In this document: piece after piece, positions 44,887 to 55,186 of the stretch
Position numbering within the stretch: the first letter of the stretch is position 1
Layout of the letters: each line of letters starts with the position of its first letter
DNA from: Acidimicrobiales bacterium
GTDB taxonomy: Bacteria > Actinomycetota > Acidimicrobiia > Acidimicrobiales > Iamiaceae
DNA: 64,000 bases
Direction of reading: 5' to 3'
Assembly: GCA_035630295.1 (NCBI GenBank)
Contig: DASQKY010000030.1
Location: forward strand, 1,426-65,425
The notes under the pieces: model-generated
Database searches by the model: none
The model's input: only the letters and a program-made list of their open reading frames with translations
What the model was told of the DNA's origin: nothing
Position numbers and translations under genes: made by a program

Positions 44887-45350
44887 GCGTGCTCATGGCC
44901 GCCACCGCGGCGCTGCTGTTCGCGCTGGGCACCTACCTGCTGCTCCAGCGCAAGCTGTCCCGCATCATCATCGGCATCGGGCTCCTGGGCCACGGGGCCA
45001 ACGTGCTGTTCGTCAACGCCGGCCGCCGGGGCCGGGCCCCGCTCATCGGGGGCGAGGTCGAGGACTTCGCCGATCCGCTGCCCCAGGCCCTGGTGCTGAC
45101 GGCCATCGTCATCAGCTTCGGGGTCACCGCCCTGCTGCTGGCCCTGGCCTACCGGAGCTGGGTGCTGACCGACGACGACGAGGTGGCCGACGACGTGGAG
45201 GACCGCTCGGTGGCCCGCCACGGCTACGCCGACCGGGAGCTGGCCGACGACGCCGAGCTGGCCACCGCGGTGGCGGCCACCACCGAGGAGGCCGTCCCGG
45301 CGCCGGCCTCCGGCGCCCGCCCCGAGCCCGAGCCCGAGGGGCCCGCGTGA
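44883..45350 (+). CDS. mrpC: Mrp antiporter subunit C
   Basis: GTGA overlap. G.YLLL.R...RII.G..LL.H..N, DPLPQALVLTAIVISFG.TA. Confidence 0.93.
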   Translation: MSVLMAATAALLFALGTYLLLQRKLSRIIIGIGLLGHGANVLFVNAGRRGRAPLIGGEVEDFADPLPQALVLTAIVISFGVTALLLALAYRSWVLTDDDEVADDVEDRSVARHGYADRELADDAELATAVAATTEEAVPAPASGARPEPEPEGPA

Positions 45351-46906
45351 GGGCGCTGCTGCCCCTCCCGGTGCTGCTGCCCCTGCTGGGCGCGGCCCTG
45401 ACCATCCTGGTGGGCCGGTCCCGGGCCGCCCAGCGAGCGGTGGCCCTGGCCACCCTGACCGCGGTGGCCGGCGTCGCCGTGGCCCTCCTGGTGGTGGTGG
45501 ACCGGGACGGGGTGGTGGCCACCCAGGCCGGCGACTGGGCCGCCCCGGTGGGCATCACCCTGGTGGCCGACCGCTTCTCGGCCATCATGCTGCTCACCGC
45601 CTCGGTGATGCTGCTGGCCGTCCTGGTCTACGCCATCGGCCAGCCCGGGGCCGAGCGCAACCACGTGGGCTTCCAGTCCGTGTACTTGATGCTGGCCGCC
45701 GGGGTCAGCGCCGCCTTCCTGACCGGCGACCTGTTCAACCTGTTCGTGGCCATCGAGATGATGCTGACCGCCAGCTACGTCCTCATCACCCTGGGGGGCC
45801 GGCTGGAGCAGGTCCGCTCGGGCATGACGTACGTGGTCATCAGCCTGGTGGCCTCGGTGCTGTTCCTGGCCGCCCTGGCCTTCACCTACGCCGCCACCGG
45901 GACGGTGAACCTGGCTGACCTGGCCGGCGCGGTGGCCACCCTCCCGGGCGGGCTCCGGGCCGGGTTGGCCGGGCTGTTCCTGGTGGTGTTCGGCATCAAG
46001 GCCGGCCTGTTCCCCCTGTACTTCTGGCTGCCCGACAGCTACCCCACCGCCCCGTCGCCGGTGACGGCCATCTTCGCCGGCCTGCTGACCAAGGTCGGCG
46101 TGTACGCCATCGTCCGGACCCAGACCCTGGTCTTCCCGGGGGCCCTGCCCCGGTGGCTGATCCTCACCGTGGCCGGCGCCACCATGATCGTGGGCGTGCT
46201 GGGCGCCATCGCCCAGGACGACGTGAAGCGCATCCTCTCGTTCCACATCATCAGCCACATCGGCTACATGGTCATGGGCCTGGGGGTGGCCACGGTGGCC
46301 GGGCTGGCCGGCACCGTGCTCTACACCGTGCACCACATCCTGGTGAAGACCACCCTGTTCCTGACCGGCGGGCTGATCGAGCACCGGGGCGGCTCCAGCC
46401 GCCTGTCCAAGCTGGGCGACATGGTGCGGACCGCCCCCGCGCTGGCCGTGCTGTTCCTGATCCCGGCCCTCTCGCTGGCCGGCATCCCCCCGCTGTCGGG
46501 CTTCGTGGCCAAGCTGTCGCTCATCGACGCCGCCGCCGCCGAGCGGCAGTGGCCCATCGTGGGGGTGGCCGTGGGGGTCAGCCTGCTCACCGTGTTCGCG
46601 CTGATGAAGATCTGGACCGGCGCCTTCTGGGCCCCGGTCGAGGACGGCGCCACGGCCGGCACCCCCGGGAAGGCGGACGCCGAGGACCGACCGACGTCAC
46701 GGTGGGGCGGCCCCCCGCTGATGGTCATCCCGACCGTGGTGCTGGCCACCGCCACCGTGGTCCTCGGCCTGTTGTCGGGGCCGGTCTACGACCTCAGCCA
46801 CCGGGCCGCCGAGGACCTGGTCGACACCGGCGCCTACCGGGACGCCGTCCTGGGGCCCGGGTCCGAGGGTCGGGCCGGGGCACCCCCCGAGGGGGGCGGT
46901 CCGTGA
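45347..46906 (+). CDS. mrpD: Mrp antiporter subunit D
   Basis: GDLFNLFV..E.ML.ASY, F..KAGLFPL..WLP.SY, GLLTKVG.Y, KRILSFH, GIPPLSGF..K. Confidence 0.95.
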   Translation: MRALLPLPVLLPLLGAALTILVGRSRAAQRAVALATLTAVAGVAVALLVVVDRDGVVATQAGDWAAPVGITLVADRFSAIMLLTASVMLLAVLVYAIGQPGAERNHVGFQSVYLMLAAGVSAAFLTGDLFNLFVAIEMMLTASYVLITLGGRLEQVRSGMTYVVISLVASVLFLAALAFTYAATGTVNLADLAGAVATLPGGLRAGLAGLFLVVFGIKAGLFPLYFWLPDSYPTAPSPVTAIFAGLLTKVGVYAIVRTQTLVFPGALPRWLILTVAGATMIVGVLGAIAQDDVKRILSFHIISHIGYMVMGLGVATVAGLAGTVLYTVHHILVKTTLFLTGGLIEHRGGSSRLSKLGDMVRTAPALAVLFLIPALSLAGIPPLSGFVAKLSLIDAAAAERQWPIVGVAVGVSLLTVFALMKIWTGAFWAPVEDGATAGTPGKADAEDRPTSRWGGPPLMVIPTVVLATATVVLGLLSGPVYDLSHRAAEDLVDTGAYRDAVLGPGSEGRAGAPPEGGGP

Positions 46907-47436
46907 CCCGCGTCGCCTACGCCGTGGCCCTGGCCACCATCTGGGTCCTGGCCTGGGGATCGCCGTCGCCGGCCAACGTCCTGGGGGGGCTGGTGGTGGC
47001 GTCCGTGCTCATCGCCGTGGCCCCCGACACCTGGCCCGCCAGCCGCCGGCTCCGGCTCCGCCCGGTGGCGGCGGCCCGCTTCGCCGCCTACGTGGTGGCC
47101 AAGGCGGTCGAGTCCAACGTGGTCATCACCCGGGAGATCCTGAGCCGCGGCTCTCGGATCCACACCGGGGTGGTGGCCGTCGAGCTCCCCGACTGCTCCG
47201 ACGGGCTCCTCACCCTGATCGCCAACGTCATGGCCCTGACCCCGGGCACCATGCCCCTGGAGGTGACCCAGGGCCCGACGGTGCTCTACGTGCACGTCCT
47301 CCACCTGCACGACGTGGAGGCCACCCGGGCCGAGATCCGCCACCTGGCTGCCCTGGCCTACCGGGCCTTCGGCTCCGCCGCCGCGGTGGCCGCCCTGGAG
47401 GGCGCCCCCGGCCCCGGCCCCGGAGAGGTCCCGTGA
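46903..47436 (+). CDS. mrpE: Mrp antiporter subunit E
   Basis: GTGA overlap. ESNV.I, ANVMALTPGT, LYVHVL. Confidence 0.9.
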   Translation: MTRVAYAVALATIWVLAWGSPSPANVLGGLVVASVLIAVAPDTWPASRRLRLRPVAAARFAAYVVAKAVESNVVITREILSRGSRIHTGVVAVELPDCSDGLLTLIANVMALTPGTMPLEVTQGPTVLYVHVLHLHDVEATRAEIRHLAALAYRAFGSAAAVAALEGAPGPGPGEVP

Positions 47437-47684
47437 CCCCGCTGACCTACGCCGTCCTGGTGGTGGCCTTCGCCCTGTTCACCGTGCGCCTGGGCCGGGG
47501 GCCGTCGCTGGCCGACCGCGTGCTGGCCGTGGACGGCATGCTGGTGGCCGGGGTGGGCATCCTCCTGGTCAACGCCATGGACACCGGCCGGGGCGCCTTC
47601 CTCCAGGTGGCGGTGCTGCTGACCCTGGTCGGGTTCATCAGCACCGCGGTGATCGCCCGCTTCATCGAGGGGCGGGGCGAGTGA
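47433..47684 (+). CDS. mrpF: Mrp antiporter subunit F
   Basis: RL.RGPSLADRV.A.D, L.L.GFIST...ARFI. Confidence 0.9.
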   Translation: MTPLTYAVLVVAFALFTVRLGRGPSLADRVLAVDGMLVAGVGILLVNAMDTGRGAFLQVAVLLTLVGFISTAVIARFIEGRGE

Positions 47685-48055
47685 GCGCCGCCGGGCAGGT
47701 GCTGGCCCTGGCCGGGGCCCTCCTCACCCTGGTGGCCGCGGTCGGCGTCCTGCGGTTCCCCGACGTGCTGGCCCGCATGCACGCCCTGACCAAGGCGTCC
47801 ACCCTCGGCTTCGTGCTCCTGGCCGTGGGGGCCGCTCTGTCGCTGCGCACCGCCAACGACATCACCTCGGCCCTGCTGGCCGCCGGGCTCCAGCTCCTCA
47901 CCCTGCCGGTGGCGGCCAACCTGATCAGCCGCTCCACCTACCTGGCCGAGGGCATCCCCCAGCGGGTCGACTCCATCGACGAGCTGGACCAGGCCCGGCG
48001 GGCCCGGGCCGCCGAGGCCGCCGACGATCAGCCCCCGCCGGCCGGCGACGGGTAG
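47681..48055 (+). CDS. mrpG: Mrp antiporter subunit G
   Basis: G..RFPD...RMHA.TK..TLG, LT.PV.A..I.R. Confidence 0.92.
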   Translation: MSAAGQVLALAGALLTLVAAVGVLRFPDVLARMHALTKASTLGFVLLAVGAALSLRTANDITSALLAAGLQLLTLPVAANLISRSTYLAEGIPQRVDSIDELDQARRARAAEAADDQPPPAGDG

Positions 48056-49737
48056 TCCGGGAACTGGTCCTGCGGCGGCAGCTCGGTGAACAGGGTGGGC
48101 GAGCCCTCGGGGTCGTGGGGGGCCGGGGGGCCGCTGCCCATGCGGCCGGGCAGCGACCGCAGGCCACCGTTGGCGTAGCGCCACATCCCCGGGGCGTCGG
48201 ACTTGTCCTGCTCGTCGGGCCCGGTGGCCTCGGCGTCCCACCAGATCTCGGCCACGTCGTCGACCCCCAGGTAGTCGGGGTTGGGGAAGAAGCCGTGGTT
48301 GCCGAAGGAGATCTGCGGGGTGGTGGGCCCGCCGCCGCTGGGCGGGTAGCTGAACAGGCCGCCCTCGAAGGTCTGGGGGGAGAGGTTGGGGCCGGCCATG
48401 TGGATGCCCAGCATCAGGAGCTGGACGTAGGGCCAGAGGATCCCGCTGGTCAGGCGGGCCTCGGGCGGCTCGCCGAAGTACCACTCGTGGAGCCGCCACT
48501 GCTCCTGCTGCTCGATGGGCCGCCGGCCGGCCAGGTTGGAGACCCCGAAGGCGTGGGTCCACTGGGCCGGGTCGTACAGGCGGCCCAGCGCGGTGGTGTC
48601 GGTCAGCACCGTGCCGGCGATGACCCACTCGGGGAAGTAGTTCTCCCGGGTGGCGGCCTGGGTCAGGTAGGTGGGCATGATCGGGTCGCCCAGGAAGATC
48701 ACGGTGGTGACCCCGGCCGCCTTCATCTTGGCGATGATGGTGGCGGCCCGCTCCGGCAGGCGGGGCAGGTCCAGCAGGTACGTCTCCCCCACCGCAGCCT
48801 CGTAGCCCCGCAGCCGACCCCTGGCGTTGACCTCCTCGGCCACGTCGCTGAACACCGGGGGGTCCTGCTCGAAGTTGATGGTGCCGAACACCCGCTCGCG
48901 CTCCCGGAGCTCCGGCCCCGCGAACTCGGCGGTGCGGCCCAGGAGGCGCCGGACGATGAAGTCGCCGAAGTTGCGCAGGAACTGCTCGGGGGTCGGGAGC
49001 TGGCCCCACATGTGGGGGGCGCTGTCCTGGTACACCGAGTCCGGCACCGACAGCCCGCAGGCGATGCAGATGACCCCGTTGCGGGCCAGCTCCTCGGCGA
49101 AGGCACTGGTCAGAGCCGGGCCGCCGATGACGGCGAAGGGCCCGATCTCCTCCACCACCCGCACCGCGTCGGCCACCGCGGCGGTGACATCGGCGGCCGG
49201 CCCCGAGCCCACCAGCACCTCCACGTCCAGGGTGCGGCCATAGGTCTCGTAGACGTCGGTCAGCATCTCGATGTAGGCCAGGCGGGTGCGCTGCTGGACG
49301 TCCTCGTCGTCGAGCAGCCCCTGGAGGGCGGCGGTGATGTCGTTGCCCGGCGGGGGCTGGTACACGACGATCTTGATGGCCTCGGCGGTGACACCCAGCG
49401 AGGTGGCGCCGCCGTTGTCGCCGGTGGGGACGGGCACGCACGGCGGGGCGTAGACGCTGGGCAACCTGACCCGGCCGGTGATCAGGTCGCACCCGTCGCC
49501 CCAGTCGTGGTCGCCGGCCTCGTTGCGCTCCTCGGCGTCCCGGAAGTACACGGGCAGGTCGGGGTTGTCGGTGGGGTCGGTGGCCCGGGCCCCGCCCCCG
49601 GGCCCGGCGGCCCGGGCCTCCTCGGGGGGACGGCCCTTCACGGTGGCCACCACGGCCACCAGCAGCAGGGCCACCACCACGGCCAGGGGGCCGAAGCGGC
49701 GCAGGGGGCCGGGGCGGGGCGGGGGGGACGTGGCCAT
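48028..49737 (-). CDS. Large membrane-anchored ABC substrate-binding protein (Liv/type I periplasmic-binding fold)
   Basis: N-terminal TM helix, DNGGATSLGVT...IKI, ETYGR, FAVIG, MKAAGVTTV, P.W, M.G..LS. Last gene of the ABC operon. Start is estimated. Confidence 0.7.
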   Translation of the reverse strand: MATSPPPRPGPLRRFGPLAVVVALLLVAVVATVKGRPPEEARAAGPGGGARATDPTDNPDLPVYFRDAEERNEAGDHDWGDGCDLITGRVRLPSVYAPPCVPVPTGDNGGATSLGVTAEAIKIVVYQPPPGNDITAALQGLLDDEDVQQRTRLAYIEMLTDVYETYGRTLDVEVLVGSGPAADVTAAVADAVRVVEEIGPFAVIGGPALTSAFAEELARNGVICIACGLSVPDSVYQDSAPHMWGQLPTPEQFLRNFGDFIVRRLLGRTAEFAGPELRERERVFGTINFEQDPPVFSDVAEEVNARGRLRGYEAAVGETYLLDLPRLPERAATIIAKMKAAGVTTVIFLGDPIMPTYLTQAATRENYFPEWVIAGTVLTDTTALGRLYDPAQWTHAFGVSNLAGRRPIEQQEQWRLHEWYFGEPPEARLTSGILWPYVQLLMLGIHMAGPNLSPQTFEGGLFSYPPSGGGPTTPQISFGNHGFFPNPDYLGVDDVAEIWWDAEATGPDEQDKSDAPGMWRYANGGLRSLPGRMGSGPPAPHDPEGSPTLFTELPPQDQFPDYPSPAGGG

Positions 49738-49780
49738 CACGGGCCTCCGGGTCGGGGTGGGCGGGGAAGGGACGGCGTGC

Positions 49781-52700
49781 TCACGTCGCCCCCGCGGGGT
49801 CGGGGGCGGCACCGGAGCGGGCCGCCGCGGTGCCGGTGCCGAGGTACGAGGCCACCACCTCGGGGTGGGCCAGCACCTCGGCGGGGGGACCGGAGGTGAC
49901 GACCCGACCCTGGTCGAGGGCCAGGAGCCGGTCCGACACCGAGCGGATGAGACCCATGTCGTGCTCCACCACCACCAGGCTGGCCCCCAGGGTGGAACGG
50001 ATGCGCAGCAGGAGCGGCCCCAGGGCCTCGGCCTCGCGCTGGGCGATGCCGGAGGAGGGCTCGTCCAGCAGCACCACCGAGGGCCGGTGGGCCAGGACGC
50101 AGGCCAGGTCCACGATGCGCCGGGACCCGGTGGACAGCTCGCCCACGAACTTGCTGCGAAAGGCGCCCAGGCCCAGCAGCTCGATCAGCTCGTCCACCTC
50201 GGCGGTGACCCGGGCCTCGCTGGCCACCAGGGCGGGCAGCCGGAGGGCGGCGTTGAGCGGGTCGCGCACCGCCACCCACCGCTCCCGGGCCACGGCCACC
50301 GCCTCCTCCACGGTCAGGGACGGGAACAACCGGGAGTCCTGGAAGCTGCGGCCCAGGCCGGCCCGGGCCCGCGCCGCGGCCGACCGGCCGGAGACGTCGA
50401 CGCCATCGAGGGCCACCCGGCCCTCGGCCGCCGGGGTGATCCCGCTGATCAGGTCGAACAGCGTGGTCTTGCCGGCCCCGTTGGGGCCGATCACCCCCAG
50501 CACCTCGCCGGGGGCCACGGCCAGGGACACGTCGTCGACGGCCACCACCCCCCCGAAGCGCACGCCCAGGCCGTGGGCCTCCAGAGCCGGGGTGGCGGTG
50601 CCCCGGCCGCTCCCCTCGGGCCGGGCGGCCACCACCGGGGCGGTCCCGTCGGGGGCCCGGTCCTCCAGGTCCGGGCCGTCCGGGGCCGGGCCGTCGCCGT
50701 TCGCCCCGCCGTCGGCCGCGGCGAGGCCCCGGGTGGCGCCCTCCAGGAAGACCGAGCGCAGGACGTCGGGCCGGTCCAGCAGCTCGGCGGTGGGGCCCTC
50801 GAAGCGGACCTCGCCCTTCTCCAGGAAGTAGGCGCGATCGGCGATGGCCAGGGCCACGTTCACCGACTGCTCGACCACCAGGATGGTGGTGCCCTCGTCC
50901 CGCAGGGCCCGCACCACCTCCAGGAGCTGGTCGACCACCACCGGGGCCAGGCCCAGCGACAGCTCGTCGATGGCCAGGAGCTGGGGCCGGGTCAGGAAGG
51001 CCATGGACAGGGCCAGCATCTGCTGCTGCCCGCCCGACAGGTCGGCGGCCGGGTCGTCGCGCCGGTCCCGGAGCACCGGGAACATCTCGTGCACCCGGGC
51101 CAGCCGTTCCTGCACCTCGGCCCGCTGGTCGCGGGCCGACCACGCCGCCACCCGCAGGTTCTCGGCCACGGTGAGGCCCGGGAACGTGCCCCTGCCCCCC
51201 GGCACCTGGCCGATGCCCAGCACCGCGATCTCCTCGGGCGGGGCGTGGGTGATGTCCCGCCCGTCGAAGATGACCGCTCCCCGGCTGGCCGGCACCACCC
51301 CGGAGATGGCGTTGAGCAGGGTCGACTTGCCGGCCCCGTTGGTGCCCAGCAGGGCCACCACCTCCCCCTCGGTGACCTCCAGGTCGACGCCGAAGAGGAT
51401 GCGCACGTCGCCGTAGCGGACGTCCAGGTCCCGGACCAGGAGCAGCTTCTGGTGCCCCGCCCGGCGCTCCCGCAGCAGCTCGGCCCGGGCTGCGGCCCCG
51501 GCCCACACCTGGTGGACGTCGCCGTCGATGACCCGGCCCACTCGGGCGATGAGCAGGCCCCCGACCAGGAAGGTGGGGCCCAGCACGGCCATGCCCCAGC
51601 GGAAGCCGTGGACCTCCCCGATCCAGCCGATGACCGGGAGCACCACCAGGCCGGGCAGGACGAACAGGGCCCCGATGGAGAACCCCACCGACCGGGCCCG
51701 GGGCGGGATGGCCAGTGACAGGCTGGACAGCACGCCGGGGCCCACGATGACCAGGCAGGCGGCCAGCAGGGCGTTGGCCACCACCGCCAGGGCCACCGTG
51801 GGCGCCCCGGCGAAGGCCAGGGCCAGGGCGGCGGACAGCCAGGCCGCCATCGAGATGAGGCGGAACACGTGGCGCGGCCCCCGGGCCAGCATCCGCACCC
51901 CGAGGCGGGCCCCGACCAGCAGCCCGGCCAGCTCGGCCCCGTACACCGGCACCGCCACCCAGGACCGCTCGATCTCGTCCAGCCCGAAGACCTGCTCGTA
52001 GTGGATCGACGACACGGCCAGCAGGCCGGCGATGGCCGCGGCCAGGAAGGGCAGGGCCACGAAGATGCGGCGCAGGCTCTCGATGGTCCACACCATGCGG
52101 TAGGCCTCGGCGAACGACGGCGGCGGCTCGTCGGTGCCCACCAGGTCGGCATCGGCCCCCATGGCCGCCCGCTCGAAGTGGCCCCGGCCGGGGTCTCGCA
52201 GGCGGAGCCCGACGACCACCAGGACCACGGTGGGCAGCGCGAACACGAAGAACGGCGTGCGCCACCCACCGACCTGGGCCAGCAGGGCGGCCCCGACGGT
52301 GCCGACGATGGCCCCCACCGCGTTGGCCGAGCGGTGGAGGGAGTAGATGCGGGGCCGGACCGACGGCTCGTAGGTGTCGGCCAGCAGGGAGTTGTGGGTC
52401 GGGAAGATGGCGGCGTTGCCGACGGCCGAGCTGCACCGCACCACGACCAGGAACCACGCCGCGAAGGCCACCCCGGTGCCCACCGAGAACAGGGCCCAGG
52501 CCCCGGCGCCCAGCAGGGCGATGCGGTAGCGGTCGCTGCGGTCGGCCCAGTTGGCGATGGGCACGGTGAGCAGCAGGGCCGCGGCGGTGGCGACCGCCAC
52601 CAGGCCCAGGATGCCGGAGTTGTCCAACCCGAAGTGGTCCCGGATGTCGGGCAGCAGCACCGCGAAGGCGCTGCGGTCCAACTCGTCGGCGACGTTCAAC

Positions 52701-52825
52701 CCGCACAGCACCACCAGGGGCAGCAGCGGCGCCCCGCCGGTGAGGCGGGCCCGCAGCCACCCGGCCGCGCCGGCCTCGGCGTCGGCGTCGGCTTCGTCGA
52801 CCGTCACCACGTCCGCCTCGGTCAC
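49781..52825 (-). CDS. Fusion protein: MFS transporter + LivF-like ATPase + LivG-like ATPase
   Basis: MFS motifs (DELDRSAF, LAD..., SLLAD.Y....R), then GTNGAGKST/LSGGQQQMLA/IDELSLGLAP/VEQ, then GPNGAGKTT/LSTGSRRIV/LLDEPSSG/VEH. One 1014-aa frame; GTGA overlap with the permease. Confidence 0.88.
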   Translation of the reverse strand: MTEADVVTVDEADADAEAGAAGWLRARLTGGAPLLPLVVLCGLNVADELDRSAFAVLLPDIRDHFGLDNSGILGLVAVATAAALLLTVPIANWADRSDRYRIALLGAGAWALFSVGTGVAFAAWFLVVVRCSSAVGNAAIFPTHNSLLADTYEPSVRPRIYSLHRSANAVGAIVGTVGAALLAQVGGWRTPFFVFALPTVVLVVVGLRLRDPGRGHFERAAMGADADLVGTDEPPPSFAEAYRMVWTIESLRRIFVALPFLAAAIAGLLAVSSIHYEQVFGLDEIERSWVAVPVYGAELAGLLVGARLGVRMLARGPRHVFRLISMAAWLSAALALAFAGAPTVALAVVANALLAACLVIVGPGVLSSLSLAIPPRARSVGFSIGALFVLPGLVVLPVIGWIGEVHGFRWGMAVLGPTFLVGGLLIARVGRVIDGDVHQVWAGAAARAELLRERRAGHQKLLLVRDLDVRYGDVRILFGVDLEVTEGEVVALLGTNGAGKSTLLNAISGVVPASRGAVIFDGRDITHAPPEEIAVLGIGQVPGGRGTFPGLTVAENLRVAAWSARDQRAEVQERLARVHEMFPVLRDRRDDPAADLSGGQQQMLALSMAFLTRPQLLAIDELSLGLAPVVVDQLLEVVRALRDEGTTILVVEQSVNVALAIADRAYFLEKGEVRFEGPTAELLDRPDVLRSVFLEGATRGLAAADGGANGDGPAPDGPDLEDRAPDGTAPVVAARPEGSGRGTATPALEAHGLGVRFGGVVAVDDVSLAVAPGEVLGVIGPNGAGKTTLFDLISGITPAAEGRVALDGVDVSGRSAAARARAGLGRSFQDSRLFPSLTVEEAVAVARERWVAVRDPLNAALRLPALVASEARVTAEVDELIELLGLGAFRSKFVGELSTGSRRIVDLACVLAHRPSVVLLDEPSSGIAQREAEALGPLLLRIRSTLGASLVVVEHDMGLIRSVSDRLLALDQGRVVTSGPPAEVLAHPEVVASYLGTGTAAARSGAAPDPAGAT

Positions 52826-55029
52826 GGGGTCGACGCCTCCTCGGCCACCGGGGCCGGGACGTGCTCGGCCGCGGCCACCAGCGGGCCCACGTCGTCGGTG
52901 TCGGTGCGCACGTCGGCCACCAGGCTGGGCACCACCAACCCCCGCCGATCGGCCAGGCGGCGCAGCAGGGCGTCCCGGGCCCGGTACACCAGCTCTCCCA
53001 GGCCGCCGGGCAGCACCAGCAGCACCAGCAGCACGCCCAGGGCCGAGGGCAGCAGCTCCCAGTCACCGGAGAGCACCCAGCGCCCGCCGTTGAGGAACAG
53101 GGCGCCGATGACGGCCCCGGTCAACGAGCCCAGGCCCCCCACCACCGCGGCGGTGAAGACGTTGAAGCTGACGGCCGGGCCGAAGGGCTGCTCGGTGTAG
53201 CCCAGGGTGACCTGGGCCAGGAGGCACCCGGCCACCGCGGCCAGGAAGCCGGAGAGGGCGAAGGCCGAGAGCTTGGCCCGGACCACGTCGATGCCGTAGG
53301 AGCGGGCCGCGGCCTCGTTGTCCCGGAGGGCCAGCAGCACCCGGCCGGTGCGGCTGGCCCGCACCCCCCGCACCGCCACCAGGCCCAGCACGGCCACCGT
53401 GGCGCAGGTCCAGAACATGGCCCGCTGGCTGGACAGGTCGATCACCGCGAACAGGCGGGGCCGCACCAGCCTCTCCCGGGGCAGCCACGACACCTGGGAC
53501 CGGTTCAGGAGGTACTGGCTGGAGGCCACCGCGAAGGCCAGGGTGGTGACGGCCAGGAACGGGCCCCGGAGGCGCAGGGCGGGCAGGCCGACCACCACCG
53601 CCACCACCGCACCGGCCGCACCGGCCAGGAGCAGGGCCAGCGACAGGTCGAGCCGCCACGGCCCGGTGGCCTGCACCCCGACCAGGGCCCCCACCGCGGC
53701 GAAGGACATCTGGCCCAACGACACCTGGCCCGCCCAGCCGGTGAGCACCACCACCGAGGCCGCCACCAGCACGAAGCAGGCCACGGTGGCCGCCTCCAAC
53801 TGCTGGCTGGGCCGCAGGGCCAGGGGCAGGGCCACCACGGCGGCGCCCAGCAGGGTCAGGGCCCCGGCTCGGGCCCACCGCACCTCGGGCCGGCGCCGGA
53901 GCTCGGCCGGGATGGGCCGCACCTCCTCGGAGGCCTGCCACGACGTGGTCGTGTCGGTGGCCAGCCGGCTGGTGCCCAGCCGCCGCACCAGCATCACCAC
54001 CACGATGACCCCGCCCAGCACCGGGGCCACCAGCTGGTCGGGGTGGCTGTGCAGCACGCCCTGCTCCAGGATGCCCACGGCCACCGCGGCGGCCCCCACC
54101 GCCACCATGTCGGTGAGGTTGCCCAGCACCAGGGCGGCCAGGGCGGCCAGCAGGGCCCCGAAGCTGAGGGTGGCGGCCACCGGCAGGCCCACCACCCCGG
54201 CCCGCAGCAGCACGCCCAGGAAGCTCAGGCCGGTGGCCAGGCACCAGACCACGGTCTGCAGGCGACGGACCGGGATGCCCAGCAGGGCGGCCCGGTCGCT
54301 GCGCTCCGAGGCGGCCCGGATGGCCACCCCCACGTCGGTGAAGCGCAGGAAGGCGGCCAGGGCCCCGACCACCAGCGGCACCAGGACCAGGGCCAGCAGG
54401 TGGTCGCCCTCCAGGCGGGGCGGGCCCTCGGAGAGCACCACGCGCCAGGGGACGTCGATGTCCTGCTGGACCAGGTCGCGGCCCCACAGGCGGGGCAGGA
54501 CCAGGGAGACGAACGAGAGGAGCTGGGACAGGCCGATGGTGGCCACGGTCAGCACCAGGCGGGGGGCCCGCTGGAAGCGGCGGATGACGGCCATCTCCAC
54601 CACCACCCCCAGGGCCAGGGCCACGGCCAGGCCGATGGGCACCGACACCAGCCAGGGCAGGGCGCTGAAGTTGACCAGGCCCACCACCAGCACGGTGGGA
54701 GCGGTCCCCAGCTCAGCCTGGGCGAAGTTGAGGACCCGGTTGGCCCGGTACACCAGGGCCATGCCCAGGGCCACCAGGGCCGACATCAGCCCCAGGACCA
54801 GCCCGAAGGCCCAGGCCGAGGCGGGCAGCGGGAAGAGCACCACCTGGAGCCACAGGACCCCGGCCACCGGGGCCGCGACGCGGGTCACGGCCGGGCGGCG
54901 GGCCGTCTCGCCGGCCACGGCCACGGCCAGCACCAGCAGCCAGGCCCCGCCGGAGAGCGGCTGGTCCAGGGCTCGGGGCAGGGTCAGGAGGGCGGCGGCC
55001 GCGACGGCCGTGAAGATCGTTGCATGCAT
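52822..55029 (-). CDS. Fused LivH+LivM branched-chain-amino-acid-type ABC permease
   Basis: LVYRANRV.NFAQ, T.VG..IRA.....D.A.LLGI, LTGWAGQVSLGQ, PALRLRG..LAV.TLAF, R.GR.L.A.RDNE..A...G, GGLGS..GA. Confidence 0.9.
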   Translation of the reverse strand: MHATIFTAVAAAALLTLPRALDQPLSGGAWLLVLAVAVAGETARRPAVTRVAAPVAGVLWLQVVLFPLPASAWAFGLVLGLMSALVALGMALVYRANRVLNFAQAELGTAPTVLVVGLVNFSALPWLVSVPIGLAVALALGVVVEMAVIRRFQRAPRLVLTVATIGLSQLLSFVSLVLPRLWGRDLVQQDIDVPWRVVLSEGPPRLEGDHLLALVLVPLVVGALAAFLRFTDVGVAIRAASERSDRAALLGIPVRRLQTVVWCLATGLSFLGVLLRAGVVGLPVAATLSFGALLAALAALVLGNLTDMVAVGAAAVAVGILEQGVLHSHPDQLVAPVLGGVIVVVMLVRRLGTSRLATDTTTSWQASEEVRPIPAELRRRPEVRWARAGALTLLGAAVVALPLALRPSQQLEAATVACFVLVAASVVVLTGWAGQVSLGQMSFAAVGALVGVQATGPWRLDLSLALLLAGAAGAVVAVVVGLPALRLRGPFLAVTTLAFAVASSQYLLNRSQVSWLPRERLVRPRLFAVIDLSSQRAMFWTCATVAVLGLVAVRGVRASRTGRVLLALRDNEAAARSYGIDVVRAKLSAFALSGFLAAVAGCLLAQVTLGYTEQPFGPAVSFNVFTAAVVGGLGSLTGAVIGALFLNGGRWVLSGDWELLPSALGVLLVLLVLPGGLGELVYRARDALLRRLADRRGLVVPSLVADVRTDTDDVGPLVAAAEHVPAPVAEEASTP

Positions 55030-55186
55030 ACTGCAAGGTGTTGGCCGGGCACTGTAGGACATCACCGCCGGCTGTGCCGGACGGCACGCCGAGGGGGCCT
55101 GGACCGTCTACCTACCGGTCGGTAGGCTGGGCGCCGGTCCTCCGCGACCGGCCTCCCCCACCCCCCGACGGCGCCCCCCGGGCGCG

